Counted from the first letter of the stretch, positions 1-21,899 are shown. The stretch: DNA of 64,000 nucleotides from the human T2T-CHM13v2.0 reference genome, Homo sapiens (GCF_009914755.1 NC_060930.1); one strand, 5' to 3'. Notes: generated from the sequence alone by a model not told the origin. Made by a program: numbers and translations.

Positions 1-1384
1 GTGATCCACACCTTCTGAATACTTCTTTTTGGGAACTTTAGCACAATTAGCTGATACCTCAAATTTCACCTGGACCGCAACAGAAACAGCTGTTCAACAT
101 TAAATTAAATTTTATAGTTGTTGGCTTTAAGGAGGATAAGAAGAACTGAGTGCTCCAAGGAGATTTTAGAGGTGGGCAAAAAACAGCAACCTGCCCCTAC
201 AAGCAAAGAGAGATGTCCCTCCTGGTTAAGCACCCCTTTGTCACGTGCAGCCCAGGGGAAGTTGTGATAAAGCATCATTTGAAAGTTTTAATGCCGTTGG
301 GGCTACAAGCACATTGTCTTGATGGAATTCAGCTGTACAGCTCCTTACTGTCAAATACGATCCATTCTGTTTTAAATTCCTTTAACTGTGACAGGCAGCA
401 TGATGAAACAGGTGCATTAAGTGCATGAAACAGAACAAAAGTAAGAAAAGTGCTCAAAGGAAGGCCAGAAATAGTGAAGCCAGAGTGACAGTCTGCAGAC
501 CTGGGTCTCAGCAGCTCCGCCCAGGAGTTCCTGCCGGAGCTCAGGCGAGCCACGGATCGGCTCTGTGCCGCTACCTCCTCACCTGCCAAACGAGGGTCAC
601 GACGCGTCCTCTAACCTCAGAGAATTTTTGTGAAATTGAGAAACTTACAACAAGCACTCAGCAAACATGGATGCCAAACTATTATCTCATAATTCAATGT
701 GCCCAAATCAGACTGAAACAAGTAAAACCCCAAATTAATTTGACACCATATGCTATGGGTTACATTTTCCAAAAGCCTTCGGAAATTGGCATTTATAATA
801 TTTGTGGGTTCATCCTTCTCCATGTACAGAAACATGTGCACACATCAAAACAGACCCAGTTAAGTCTTAATTATCTAGTGGAAGATTATCCAAGATTCTT
901 ACTGTTTCTCCCTTTTCCTGTTGCCCATTTTTAGCCTTTTTTGGCAATTCCTCCACTATTAAAGAAAAGAGATGGCATGCAAATCAATCAACCCCTTTCC
1001 TTCTTCACTGTAATTTCAATTATCTGTGCTACCTCAGCCTCCGTTGGCATGGATGGGCGAGGAGGTGCTATCTTTGTCCTCAGAATTGGATGGAAAACAT
1101 TCATCTGTGTTATTGGGAAATGATGTGAACTTAATTTCTCTTTCCCTTCTAAAACTTTGCTTACTGAATGGAAATGTTCCTGAGATCTGTTTATTTGGTT
1201 CTATATTTATGTACCTCCCTTTTAAAATAGAGAATACATGTTAATGTTTCTTTGATGACTCAGTGTGTATTATCGGTAACAGTCCATTCATGATGTTGCC
1301 ATACCACACAGCATAATTTTCTATCTGCTTCTGATTGATTCTTCATTCTCCCTTGATCTCAGTTTGTCATTTAATACATCTAAG

Positions 1385-2390
1385 TTTTTCACTCAACAAA
1401 TCAAATACTGATGGAGAATCTGCTATACACCAGGCACTGTGCTGCTAGGAGCTGAGGATTGAACGGGGAGAAACAGGAAGCTCCCTGCTCTCATAGTGTT
1501 TCTTAGTTGGGGAGAAAAGACATTCATGATATAATCACATAAATACCTATTTTTATATGTAAAAAATGTTGTCAAAGAAAAGAACGGGGTGATGGGAACA
1601 GTTGGAAGAGGTGTAAAAACTCCAGAGAAGCTGTGGCTCCTAGAAAGAAGGTAGGTTTTAGGACTAGAATGGTGATAGTGGGCCGGAAGAGAGAGAGTGC
1701 ATTCGAAAGACACTGAGGAGATTGCATCAGTAGGACTTGGTGACACATTAGATGCAGAGGAAGAGGGACAGAAATGCTTCAAGGAGGACTTTTAGGCATC
1801 TGTCTTGGGTAACTAGATGATGCCAATGGCTGAGATGGGGAATTCTTGGGTAGATGAGGTTTGGTGGGATGGTGATTGTTATAACTTTGACTTTGAACGT
1901 GCTGAGTTCAGGTGACATTGTGATACCCCAAAGGAGGTGCAGAGTAGGTAGCTGGAGACACAGGCCCGAAGATGATGAGAGGTCTGGCCTAGAAACATGG
2001 ATGCAGGAGTCATGGGTCCATCAAGGCACTGTGAGTTTGGATGAGATCATCTAGCAGAACACTTAAGTGGAGAAGCAAAGTGGTCTAGAGACTAAGCCAT
2101 GAGGAACTCCAACACTTAGAGGCGTAGAAAGCAGGTAGAAAGGGAACACCTGAAGACTTAGGAAGGAGGGGCCAGAAAGGGATGATGGCACCCGAAGACA
2201 GTGGTGTTCAGGAAGCCAAGGGAGGAAGGTATTTAGACAGGAGGGGGAGAGCAGAATTGGCAAAGCTGTGGAGAAAGTGAGATGAGAACTCCTATTAAAA
2301 ACACACAACTGGTCCAATGACATGGGATGGCATGGAAATCACTGATGACCAAGCAGGAGACAGGGGTGGACCGCAGGGGAAAAAGAGCAA
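1385..2390 (-). mobile_element. L2 LINE relic
   Basis: CCAGGCACTGTGCTG start, then purine-rich L2-type text (GAGAGGTCTGGCCTAGAAACATGGAT). Confidence 0.6.
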
Positions 2391-2479
2391 GCTGAAGCCA
2401 GCTAAGGAATGTCCTCGGGCCATCTCCTAGCGGAGGCGGTAGAGCCGTGGTTGAAGGTACAGGAAGTGGACTGTTAGGG

Positions 2480-2975
<496 letters not shown>

Positions 2976-3004
2976 TTTATATTAACACCCTCATAACCCA
3001 TTAA

Positions 3005-3930
3005 ATCAATATTTATTGAGCATCCATCTGCCAGGCACTGTACTAGATGCTGACAAAGACACCCCCAACAACAAATAATTACCTATCCTCATGGAAATAA
3101 AAGATTTATAATGAAGTATTTTCCATTAAATGGTGATAGATGCTAAAAAGTTAAGCAGAAAAGGGGGCTAGGGTGGTGGTCTGGTGACCATTTTTTCAAG
3201 CTTGTCAGTCAAAAAAGACCTCACAGAGACAGTAACTTTTGGGGAAAAGCCTGAAGAAAGGGAAATAGAAAGCAATGTGGTGACTGGGGGAAGAGCCTTC
3301 CTGACAGAAAGAACAGAAGGTACCAAGGTCCTGGGGTGGGCTCCTGTGTGGTGTGTTGGAGGAACACCATCGAGGTGGTGTTCCTGGCACTGAGTAAAGG
3401 GGGTGGGGAGCAGGAAATGAAGTCAGAGGGTGGGGGTGACAAGTTCTTTGAGCCACAATAAAGTCTGAGGTCCTTACTCTGAGTGAGCTGAGAGGCACTG
3501 GAGGGTTTTGATCAGAGGAGGTACAGGGTCTGGACTACATTTTCACCAGTTCATGCTGGCTGTTGCATGGAGGAGATATTCTGAGAAGAAGCAGAGAGAC
3601 TACTCAGGAGGTTACTGATGAACTCCAGCCAAGAGATGGTGGCACCGTGGACCAGCAGAATTGTGTAGGAGAAAAAGAGGCATCAAGGACAACGTCAACA
3701 ACTGTGGCCTGAGTAACTGGAAGGAGATGGGAAGGCAGTGGGAGAAGCAGGTTGGGGTAGAATATCAAGAGTTCATCCCACTGGAGGCAGTTAAGAGACA
3801 GTGGGATATGCAAGCCTGAGGTTCAAAGAAAAGGCCCAGGCTGGAGAAGGTGTCAGTTTTGAGATGGTTTGAAGGCATCAACAAAAAACAGACCAGGTTT
3901 GAGGACTGAGCCCTGAGGCTCTCTCACATT
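3005..3930 (-). mobile_element. L2 LINE relic
   Basis: AATATTTATTGAGCATCC...GCCAGGCACTGTACTAG and GGCCTGAGTAACTGGAAGG motifs. Confidence 0.65.
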
Positions 3931-4690
3931 TGGAAACCAGAGGCTGCTACTTTCCGCTACTTTCCACTCTGATTGTTCCACTTGTGATTAGGCTGTATCG
4001 GCTGTGGGTGGGAGTGCGTATCAGCACCACCCCCGTGGAAGGCTACTTGATGCGGATAAGTTCCATCCACTGGCAAACCCAAAAGCTACACATGTCTACA
4101 TGGGAAGGGCTGTGTGGCACAGGTGCACAGCAGATCTCAGCGCTCTTCCCCTGATGTTTCTGCTCTTCCCATGCACTAAGGAGCTGAGCAAACAGCAAGT
4201 CAGAAGGCAGGGCCATGGTAAGCAGAGGCCAGAGGTGGCTGGGAATTAAAAGGACAACTTATAACCTTACTGTTCTGCCAAATTCCTACAGAACTGATAA
4301 GACTCCCTGGATACTTTTGTTGTATTATTTTCTAACAGAAAACATAGATAATCCAAGCTCCTTGTGTCTCTTCCTGCTTTAATTATAATTTGGTTAACTT
4401 ACAAATTATTGGTATTCCCTTTTGTTCCAGCCCATTTGAGGATATAATTTCTCTTCATCTCTTCCTAAATGCATAAGTTGGCTCAGCATAAAGTATAATT
4501 ACTTGATAACCATGGAAGCTAGGTAGCAGAGAGTGTAAGGAGAGCTTCCTGTATTTTGAAATGCACTGTCCATGGACCTTGTCTGGGGAAGAGGGTGCCA
4601 CACTAATTCTGGCCTTGGCTACTATGGGTGTTCAAGAAGCAGCATCATGCAATAGAAAGATGTGACACTTCTGGTCGGGACTTCTTATGG

Positions 4691-4984
4691 CAGTGGTCCC
4701 CAAACTTTTTGGCACTGGTCCATGAGGCTAGGGGTAGGGGGATCAGGCATTAGATTCTCATAAGGAAGGTACAACCTAGATCCCTCACATGTGCAGTTCA
4801 CAGTACGGTTCACTTTCCTATGAGAAAGAATCTAATGCTGCCACTGATCTGACAGGAGGTGGAGCTTAGGCTGGCTGAGCTGGCTAATGCCGGCTCGCCT
4901 GCCTCTCACCTACTGGTGTGCCACCCAGTTCCTAACAGGCCACAGACCCATAATGGTCCATGGCCCAGGGGTTGGGAACCCCTG
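4691..4984. mobile_element. MER1-type hAT-Charlie DNA transposon (MITE)
   Basis: Terminal inverted repeats CAGTGGTCCCCAAA / GTTGGGAACCCCTG; degenerate 8-bp TSD TCTTATGG / TGTTATAG. Confidence 0.85.
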
Positions 4985-6040
4985 TGTTATAGGACCTGAC
5001 ACCCAATTTCTGCCATCTGAAAAGCAAAGAAAGATAACAATGGACTCTGTTGACTTTTTAGCAGAAATAAAAATTTCTTGTTTATTTTTTCTCCATTTTT
5101 TAATCCAAAATATTACAACACATAATAGGACACAGATACTGAAATAATACATTTAGTGCCAGCTTTGAGTCAGGTTTCATTGCTGTCAAGAGAAAGGTAA
5201 AGGTGATGTTCAATCCATCTCCCTTGTAGACAGTAAATTTTAATTAGTTTTAATTAGAAATGAGAAGTCCTACACCTCATCTCTACAAGTCTCCTGAAAC
5301 ATACCAAGATATTGTCTTTCTGTAGACTCAGAGCACGTATAATCAGATAACTGGTCCACTTACTGTTTATATTGTATATTTTATCCAAGAATGATTTATA
5401 CCTATAAATCCAGCCAGGAGGATCTCAGAATAATATTTATGAGATAGACTGAAATTTAATAGCAACACTTCTTAAGTAGATGGACTATCAAGAAACTCTT
5501 AAAATAACAGAATGAAAAATAAGGTAGTGGCTCTGTATATAAGCCCCGTCAGCCAGTACACGGGAGGTACTCGATCAATGCCAAATGAAGGAGTGACTTC
5601 GTAAGAGGGACTAAGAAGCAATTCAAGTTGCTATTCTGGAATCTCTTGTGTAAGATGGGAATCAAGTCTAACAGAGTCATTAATAGAATTTAATAAGGAA
5701 AGCTTCCAAAAGAGGAAACTCCAAAGTTACCCTTTCATTACTGAATTTCTCAGATTCTCAGTGGATCTAAATTTAAACTGCACAGGAAACAAGGCCCTTT
5801 GTCAAAAGGTGCTAAATCTAACCTACACTATAAGAAGCACGTTTGCCCATCCTGTGTTCCATGTTATGAAGGGCCTCCAAGAATTTAAAAAGGACAAAAT
5901 AGAAAAAGCAGAGAGTTCCTTTATAGTATTACTATCTAGCTACTAAAAGCCAAAAAGAAAAATGTGATGTCAATGGCAATTTGGCAACTACATTTGTAAA
6001 GTTATAACAAGCCAATTTTCAGAGCTAGAGACTTCTTTTC

Positions 6041-6108
6041 GCGGGGGGGGGGGGGGGGGGGGGCGGGGGCGGGGGCGGGGCGGGAATAAGGGTTGGGGTG
6101 GGGTGGGG
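6041..6108 (+). repeat. Poly-G / G-rich low-complexity tract
   Basis: About 21 consecutive G, then GGGGC and GGGGT units. Confidence 0.95.
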
Positions 6109-6488
6109 ATGCTGACATCAGAATGTGTACCAGAGTGACTCAGGGGTTTTTTTTCAGCCTCAGAGCTACCATTTACTCAGCGTCCAGCGTCCTAACCAAG
6201 CCTAAACTTGATCTAAATTGTGTCTTTTGATGAATTAGTAGTGGTTGGTTTCATACTGTGTTAATTTGGAAAAGATACGTGTATTAATTTTATTTTCTAC
6301 ATATGTTAAACAAATAAAAAATTGAGCTTGTTTTGTTTTTCAAAGCACTTTGTAGTTTTCTTGTCCCTAAAAAGTATTTACTAAAAATCTGTGACCGAAA
6401 TCAAACTTTTCATTTTGAAGTATTTGAGGTTTAATCCAGAGGCATAGTATTTAGCAGAAACATCTTCTCAAGCACTATTAAAAAATTA

Positions 6489-9450
<2,962 letters not shown>

Positions 9451-9458
9451 TACTGGAA

Positions 9459-9925
<467 letters not shown>

Positions 9926-10249
9926 ATCTATTGGAGCAAAAAAAAAAAAAAAAAAAAAAAAACCTACCTAAATAGTATGATTGCTTATAATAAAAATGAA
10001 AGATATGCCTAAAAATGGTAAAAAGGAGAAAATAAAGCAGACAGGCATGAAAGACAGACTTCAACGACTTCACCTTGTTTTGTGGGTTTTGTTTCAGGAA
10101 AATTTAAATATTTTTATATAATTATTGAACAAGAATCACTTTTCAAAAGCCTCTTAGGAAGTCTCAAATTAAAGTAAGTGAACTCAAATGTATATCCAGT
10201 TATTGGCATAAACACACAGACTGTAACTATTCCAAATGACCCTAACATA

Positions 10250-12235
<1,986 letters not shown>

Positions 12236-12239
12236 TTCT

Positions 12240-13069
12240 TTTTTTTTTAAGTTTTTATATTATTATTATACTTTAAGTTTTAGGGTACATGTGCACAATG
12301 TGCAGGTTAGTTACATATGTATACATGTGCCATGCTGGTGTGCTGCACCCATTACCTCGTCATCTAGCATTAGGTGTATCTCCTAATGCTATCCCTCCCC
12401 CCTCCCCCCACCCCACAACAGTCCCCAGAGTGTGATGTTCCCCTTCCTGTGTCCATGTGTTCTCATTGTTCAATTCCCATCTATGAGTGAGAACATGCGG
12501 TGTTTGGTTTTTTGTCCTTGTGATAGTTTACTGAGAATGATGATTTCCAATTTCATCCATGTCCCTACAAAGGACGTGAACTCATCATTTTTTATGGCTG
12601 CATAGTATTCCATGGTGTATATGTGCCACATTTTCTTAATCCAGTCTATCATTGTTGGACATTTGGGTTGGTTCCAAGTCTTTGCTATTGTGAATAGTGC
12701 CGCCATAAACATACATGTGCATGTGTCTTTATTGCAGCATGATTTATAGTCCTTTGGGTATATACCCAGTAATGGGATGGCTGGGTCAAATGGTATTTCT
12801 AGTTCTAGATCCCTGAGGAATCGCCACACTGACTTCCACAATGGTTGAACTAGTTTACAGTCCCACCAACAGTGTAAAAGTGTTCCTATTTCTCCACATC
12901 CTCTCCAGCACCTGTTGTTTCCTGACTTTTTAATGATTGCCATTCTAACTGGTGTGAGATGGTATCTCATTGTGGTTTTGATTTGCATTTCTCTGATGGC
13001 CAGTGATGATGAGCATTTTTTCACGTGTCTTTTGGCTGCATAAATGTCTTCTTTTGAGAAGTGTCTGTT
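12240..13069 (-). mobile_element. 5'-truncated young L1 (L1PA2/PA3-like), ~830 bp
   Basis: ORF 12470-13024 is the L1 ORF2 C-terminus ([18 protein letters not shown]); 3'UTR with GATGACGAG; 19-bp TSD AAATGTGTTTGATATTTCT at 12221-12239 and 13070-13088. Confidence 0.95.
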
Positions 13070-13124
13070 AAATGTGTTTGATATTTCTATAACACAAAGT
13101 TAAAGTTCCTTTGGTAATTTGGCA

Positions 13125-13320
13125 GTGTTTCTCAAATGTGATTTCCCACAGCCTTCCTTTGGGGTGCCTGTTAAAATTCACATTCCTGACATCAGCTTAC
13201 TCGGGGCACTTCTCAAAATTGAAAGCTGCCCAACCCCAGATTTGTGAATCAGAATTCCTGGGAGTGAAGCCCAGAAAACTGTATTTTACATACAGTATGC
13301 AGGTAGGTCTTCTGCACACT
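13125..13320. mobile_element. MER5-like DNA transposon relic
   Basis: CAGTGTTTCTCAAA start; TGAATCAGAATTCCTGGGAGTGAAGCCCAGAAAACTGTATTTT. Confidence 0.5.
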
Positions 13321-13924
13321 CCATTTTGCTTTAGTCATTTGCATGAAATAAATTATTTCTTTTTCAAAGGGTTTAACAGTTAAATCTAAAGTTTTTTTTC
13401 TATTAAAGGAACTTTACAGTGACCTAAAATATTCTTCACATGTTGTTGTTTCATTTCTGTAAAATATATCCTGTTGGTGTCATCTATCAACAAGTACATA
13501 GTCTTAAAATTTTTATTATGGGAGAAAGGGATCAGACCATACTCTCTACAGTTTGCTGAGCGTGTGGTTAATAAACTAGAGGAAATAGCCTAGAGTAACA
13601 TGGATGAAGCTACAGAAATGTGCCTTTTGTGTGGAAGACATGCTTGGTGACAGAGAAGATAAGTTTGCATTTTTAAAAAAGTGATTTGAACTCAGCTATA
13701 GCATTAGCATATATTCCCAGATTATACAACTATTCCTAGACTCACAAGCACTATTTTCCAAAAAGAATGTGTCCCTTATCCTTAACACACAGAACATAAT
13801 TCTTTCTAATGATAGTGCTTATCACTAGAAGCCAGAGGCTTGTTGAATGACTCAGTTTCCCTGGAAAGTAAATATAGTGTACCGGGATGACAGACAATCA
13901 GAAACAGACATCAATAGCAAAGGT

Positions 13925-14452
<528 letters not shown>

Positions 14453-17400
14453 TTACTAAAATGCTAGTTACACTCTTAGAAGCTTTATATAGGATTTCTA
14501 ATTTAATCTTTATTGAAGCTTGTAGCTTTTAAACTTATTTAAAAGCCCCAAAGATTCTACCAACGGGCTTCAGAGCATCTGCGTTTTATTTTTAAATTGA
14601 ATTTCTCATTATTAAGTAACTGTAGTTTCAGAAAAGCTCTCCATGTGCCATATAGTAGAATAACACTTAATTCAGGGGCTAGGGTCTAAAGTTCCCACCC
14701 AATGCAGAGTGTGTGGGTTCAAAAGTATCCTTGAAATTGTAAGGTGCAAATCAGATCCTAATACCATTCCACTCAAACCTTTCAATGCTTCCTATTACAT
14801 TTATGGTAAAAACCACAGTCCTGGTCCATGTCAAGACTTAGAAGGCCCTACATGATCTGACCCCAACTATGTGAAACCCTCCTCCTCTTTTTTCCTGCCC
14901 ATCTCCTCCCTATGTTCTGCTCCAGCATAGTGGCCTCCACACTCCCTTCCACATCCAGGCACAATCCTGGTCCTACCTAGAATGCTCCTCTGGCAAATGA
15001 GTTCTCTTCATTCAGGTCTCTGCTGTGATGTGTCCCTCCCTGGTCGCCTTGTCTAAAAGAGCAGGCCCCCTCTTCCCTCGCCCCTCTGATTCTTCTCTTC
15101 ATTCATCACAGCTGATGTTACACCACAAAGTCCTTGTTGGTTTGTTTCCTGCGCTAGAATGATGCTCCTTATTTATTCATTACTGATATATCACAGGTGT
15201 ACATATTTTGGGGGTACAAGTGATATGTACTATTGAATCCTAAAACTTACTCCTTCTATTTAACTGTATTTTTGTATCACCCATTAACTGACTTCTCTTC
15301 ATCCTTGCTCAAACTGCAGCACCTATGAGTCTTAGCACAGAGAAGGCACTCTGTAAGTATTGGCTCAATAAATAAAAGTGTCTTACATTGCCCAACAAGG
15401 ACACTATATACAGTTTTTGTTTATACCACCCTGTGCAACAATGCTCACATACAGTGGAATTTGAAAACCACTGAGCTAGGCTAAGGCCCAAGAGGAAAGC
15501 CTACATCAGATCTGTGTCTGGACGTCCACACCACTGCACCTTTGATGTCCCTAGCAGAGATCAAGCTTTTTTGCTTGCATGAAGGGTTTTCTTAACTCCA
15601 TTTTGTTAGTAAGGCTCTACATATTCAAGATTTGCCAACTGATTTATTTGTTGCTGTTGTTGTGAGGGTTAAAGGGGATAGCAAGAGTTCTTCTGAAGTT
15701 AGATTCTTAGTTACCCCGTTAATCAAATGTAACTTCCATCCTGGCATTGCCACAACTACTAATGGGCCAGACCATACTGCCAGGCTTGTGTAGATCTCAA
15801 AGTAAAGGTATCCCGTCATCTCAGTGACATCCTGTTTCTCAGGTAGAAAGGTTGTAGCGCTACCATTGCTTTTTTTAAACATATAAACTTAAGTTCTCCC
15901 TATGTCCACTTGCATGAAATTTCACAAGTGAGCACCCTAGTACAGCATGAGTGTATCATGGACAATTAACGGCCAAGACCAGACAAAACACCCTGAGTTC
16001 TTGTCCTCAGTGAATTTTGGTATGTAATAAATAAACATGTAGTATAAAATGGTGTAATAAAATTAAATTATTGGCATTAAACTGTCAGACATACCATGCT
16101 TATGGTAGCCAATGTCAGAGATTAAATCTAAAGTTCAAGATTGGACCCACCATGCAAAGCAAAGACAATTTCTTCCTTCTAAAATTGAAAGAGATGAGCC
16201 CTCCCTCAGGCTTATGAGTTTCTTCTTCTTCTTGTTTTTTAAGTACATCAATGAGCATCTCATTAATGTTATAATTTAAAAAGTGTTTTCTCCCTCTAAT
16301 GGAAGATTTAGGCTAGAGGAAGCTATCATTGGTCCTCCAAATCGCAGGCTTACCAATTAAAAAATGTAAATGGTTTCACATTGTTAGCGATATCAGCTTT
16401 GAAAGAAGCCATTTCTTTTCTTCCTTTTGTTTTAAGTGAACACGTTTTAAGTGGATAAGTTTAAAGGAAAACATATCCTGAGCTTGCAAGGTAACTGTTT
16501 AAAAAAATAAAACAACTCATTATTATTTGCAACTCCTTATTTTAGGGAATCAGGGTTTTCTCAATACTGCACAACAACATAAAAAATATACCTAACAACA
16601 AAAGGCAATAAATTGGAAACTGAAGTTAAAGAAGATTGCAGCTGTCATCTCTAACACTGCTTTCAAATTTCTGTGTTCATCACAAAGCTTCATTGTTCTT
16701 TCTTCTTGATTTTATAAGTCAGCATTACACGCTGAAATCTAACATACATTATGCTAACAAAATTTTCCTTTATTCGTTTCATATGTTGAGGTTTCAAGAT
16801 TGTGTTTGAAAAAGAAGTAGAGACTAAAAATATTTGTAAACCTCCAAGTAAAGGCAATGAATGATACAGAATTTGTACCTGTGGGTGATCACTGCCATAG
16901 CTATATAATGCCTAAATACAGGAAAGAGAAGCAAAAGTTTACAAAAACCGGTCCTTGTGGGAACTATGCTCCCCTATATGATTGCAAACACTCAGATATA
17001 AGTAATATATGAATGACTTACTTAATCTTCCTCTTCTTTTTCACGTTTGGGAGCAAGTAGGCAAAGCCTGGAACAATCACTGATGCAACATGTGTTTACA
17101 CACACGCATGGTTCTTAGAGAATGGAAGGACAGGAGCTGAATAGTTCCATCTGCCAGTGATAATGTAGCTCCCATCACCCTTCCCATCTAGTGCTCTCTG
17201 ATTCAAGGGAAGGAATGTGCTTTGGAAGAGAGGGCAGGGGCTTATTACTCAGAGAGACGTAGGTTCAAAGCCAGCACGTTTATTATTAGCAGAGTAACTC
17301 TGAACTGACTCACTCCCATTCCATCGAGCCTCTTTTATCTGCAACATGGAGATGCTATGAGTTTCTGAAGATTCCTTAATATCTCATAAAAATAACATAA

Positions 17401-17912
17401 AACCACCTCCATATGAAGTATTCAATGAATAGCTTCCTCCCTTCTGGGGACCTTGTAGAAATGCTGATGAGGCTGCTCCAGCGACCAAAATCAATGTCCA
17501 ATCTTGGGAAAGGACCTTCTAGGTGAAGGATGTCAACCCCATTCCTAAACATCATGGAGAGGTCCTCTCAGAAATACAGGTGTCCATCCCCATCCTAACC
17601 TCTTTCAGCCTCACTTTAGTGGTTATCTGTGAACGCACCTGATCCATGAGGATTAAAAGGACAACAGGGGCGGCGGGGGTTAGAACAAAGATTAAAGTAG
17701 ACCCCCCCAAGGGCCAACGCTATGAAGAGCCACATGGCCATTCCTTGAGAATTACTAATCATGAATCATTCGGTTCTCCAGGATGCTCCTTTGGCTTAAA
17801 CCGAAGTCAATCTTTTCTAAGCATTAAATGGGGACATCTTCTCTTCCCATTTAAAAGCAAGCAGTTGCCACTTCAGCTGTACAAATTATATAGGATTGAA
17901 AATAGTATAACT

Positions 17913-18610
<698 letters not shown>

Positions 18611-19933
18611 CTATCCTCCTGTTTCTATCTTCAGTCTTGCTGTCTTTGTCTTTCTAAGATGCCAGAGAAGTTTCCTCTGCATATAGAAAATATTCTGGGA
18701 TTTGTCTGTCTTGTGCCCTCACTAGGGAAGTCCCCTTAGGCGTCCGAATGTCAGGCCGTTCTTAGATTGCCTTTTTGCCTATAACACACGAGGTTGTAAT
18801 GTGGCTCATGAACAAGACAGATGCCTACTATAGCAAGTAGAATTCTGCAAACGACATTCAATGACATCCACAGAGAGAAGACCTGCAACTCGGTAGAAAA
18901 GAAACACGATGTTTGGTCAACTGAGCACCAGACTGTGAGCTTTTTGAGGGTAAAGATTATGTTTTCTCCGAGTTCAGGGTGTATTGCTGGCATTCAATAA
19001 ATATTTAGGGAATGAATACATGCAGGGATGAATATGTGATGAACAGGTTACAAATACGGTTCAGAATTCATAACTAGTAATGAATGATATGAGAAAGTAA
19101 ACCTTTCCAGATTTTGTTGATAGCATAAGATTAAATTCAGCTGGAAAAGGAAAACATTTAGGATTATCCATCTCTGAGTGATTGTGTGTCAGTCTTCAGA
19201 GGAAAAACTGAATTTTTCTTTTAAAAAGCCAGTGGGACAGTCATTTCTGAAAACTCATTTGTGAATCAAAACCAGAGTAGACCAAGTGACTGAGCATTCC
19301 AATGAAAGGGTAAAAAAAGCAGAAATATGGCTGATTTTTTTCCCACTCTCACTGGTGTGAGATTTTAAAGACATTCCTTCCTGTCAAAAGGATGGCGTCA
19401 AATGTATTTTAAGTATCGACATAAACCTGCCTCTTCATATCCCTCTTGTTCTTATAGTACATCTATTCTTGTCTCATTCCACCACAACAAGTTTTATAAT
19501 AGCAGGTAGGTTTGTGCATTTATCACTTTTATCTTTTGAAAATGTTACAGACAATTAATTCACATTAAAACTCTATTACTGATTTAAAAGTTCAAGATTT
19601 AGAATTTAAGGATTCTGATGAAAGTTTAGCGTAAACCTACTTTAGCTGACTAGATTTTTTAAAAGGTTTAGGAATTGTTTACCTCCTTTAAGCATTATTA
19701 AACTTACTTTATCACCATCATTTGCATCCAGACAACATGCTAGTCGAAAGTGATTTAGTCTTTAAAGTAATTCTTTATAAAATTTTATTAGATTTGGTGT
19801 GGAGGAAAAGTTGACGTGAGAAAATAAAAAAACTGGGTTCAAGGTCTGTTTTTGGTGTGTTTCACTTGTGTAATCTTACATAATCATGTTACTTTTCTCA
19901 GCATCAGTCTCATCGATAGAGGGGGTACACTCT

Positions 19934-20271
<338 letters not shown>

Positions 20272-20569
20272 TTACTGAAATGTATGCAAAAAATATCACT
20301 TTCATTATCATTATCATCATCATCATCATCTTCACCTGATACTTTAAAAACTTCAAATGAAAGAGGGTAAGAAAGAACCCACTGGATCCCCTACTCTGTA
20401 CCTGGCATTGTGCTACAGGTTGTGCATATGTCACTTTTAGGTTACAACAACAGCCCAACTGTCTACACATAAATTTATATCTGCTGTATAGGAATAAACT
20501 ATATTTCTAATTCTGGAAAATGAGGTGCAGAGAGGATTAAGTAACATGCTTGAATTCAAGTATGCTTCA

Positions 20570-20863
<294 letters not shown>

Positions 20864-21899
20864 CAGAAGAATTAGATCGATAAATATTTACTGAGTGCTT
20901 ACAGTGTGCCAAGTACTGATTTAGGTACAGGGATAGAGCAGTGAGCTGAGCAGACAAAATCCCTGCCATCAGAGAGCTGACCAGGAACTGAATTCTTCTG
21001 AATTCAAAATCATTGTTTTCCCCACTCCATATTGTGCCAGTGCTTGGGGCTTGCACTTGCTCTCTCTAAAGGAACTACTTGTATAGAAAATAACATCTGG
21101 GCAGCAGCATAATTGCATAAATGGTTAACCCCCCCTGCTAGGGGCTCTGTAGCCTCAGGGGTCAAGGCTGCCTGAGGGCTGAGGCAATCCATACTTGGAT
21201 ATACCTGTAGCCCATTTGTAACAAACTGGCTTGAGAAGCTGCATTATCTACAGTGTAGCCAATGATTCAGGAATATCCCTAATTTGTACTGATTTCCTCC
21301 CATGTTAATTATTATTGCTACACAGTACATGTAATTGTATTATACAGAGACTGGAACAGACTTTCCACTCTCTTACTGCCATAGACTTAGTGCTTTTGGC
21401 AGGTCAGCAAGATGAGGTCAAAACAACCTTTGTAGTCAGCAGACAAAACTAAACAGCCATCAGAAACATTTTTAAAATATGCTATTAAATTATTATAGTA
21501 GACAGCAAAACCAAGAAATTAATGCAAAAGAACCAAGAGATTTCTTAATCTTATCACCAGTTCAGATTCAGAAAAAGAACTAAAAGCTGTGATCTGGGAG
21601 CTTGGATATTATAGCAATTAAGCAGCTTGGATATAAAAAGAGGTAGATAAGCTCACCTTCAGGGGGACTCAGCAGTGACCACCACTGTTATGTATGGAAA
21701 GGAGTAAAGGGAATGCGAGAGGATATATGAACTTGAGGTCAGGAAACATGTGGCAGGCATTGGGTTGGGAAGACTGTATTTACTGAGGATCTGAAGTGTG
21801 GCAAATGCTCTAGGAGACAGAAGGAAGGAAGGAGAGCATCTCTACAAGTAACACCCAATCTAACCAGGTAGTAAGACTCATCTTGATGTAAAAAAGAAG

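Noticed and set aside
425-934. 169-aa ORF (MKQNKSKK...)
   Set aside because: No recognisable domain or family, and it is opposite to the inferred host strand; probably a chance ORF.
12470-13024. 184-aa ORF as a host gene
   Set aside because: It is the L1 ORF2 C-terminus inside a truncated insertion.
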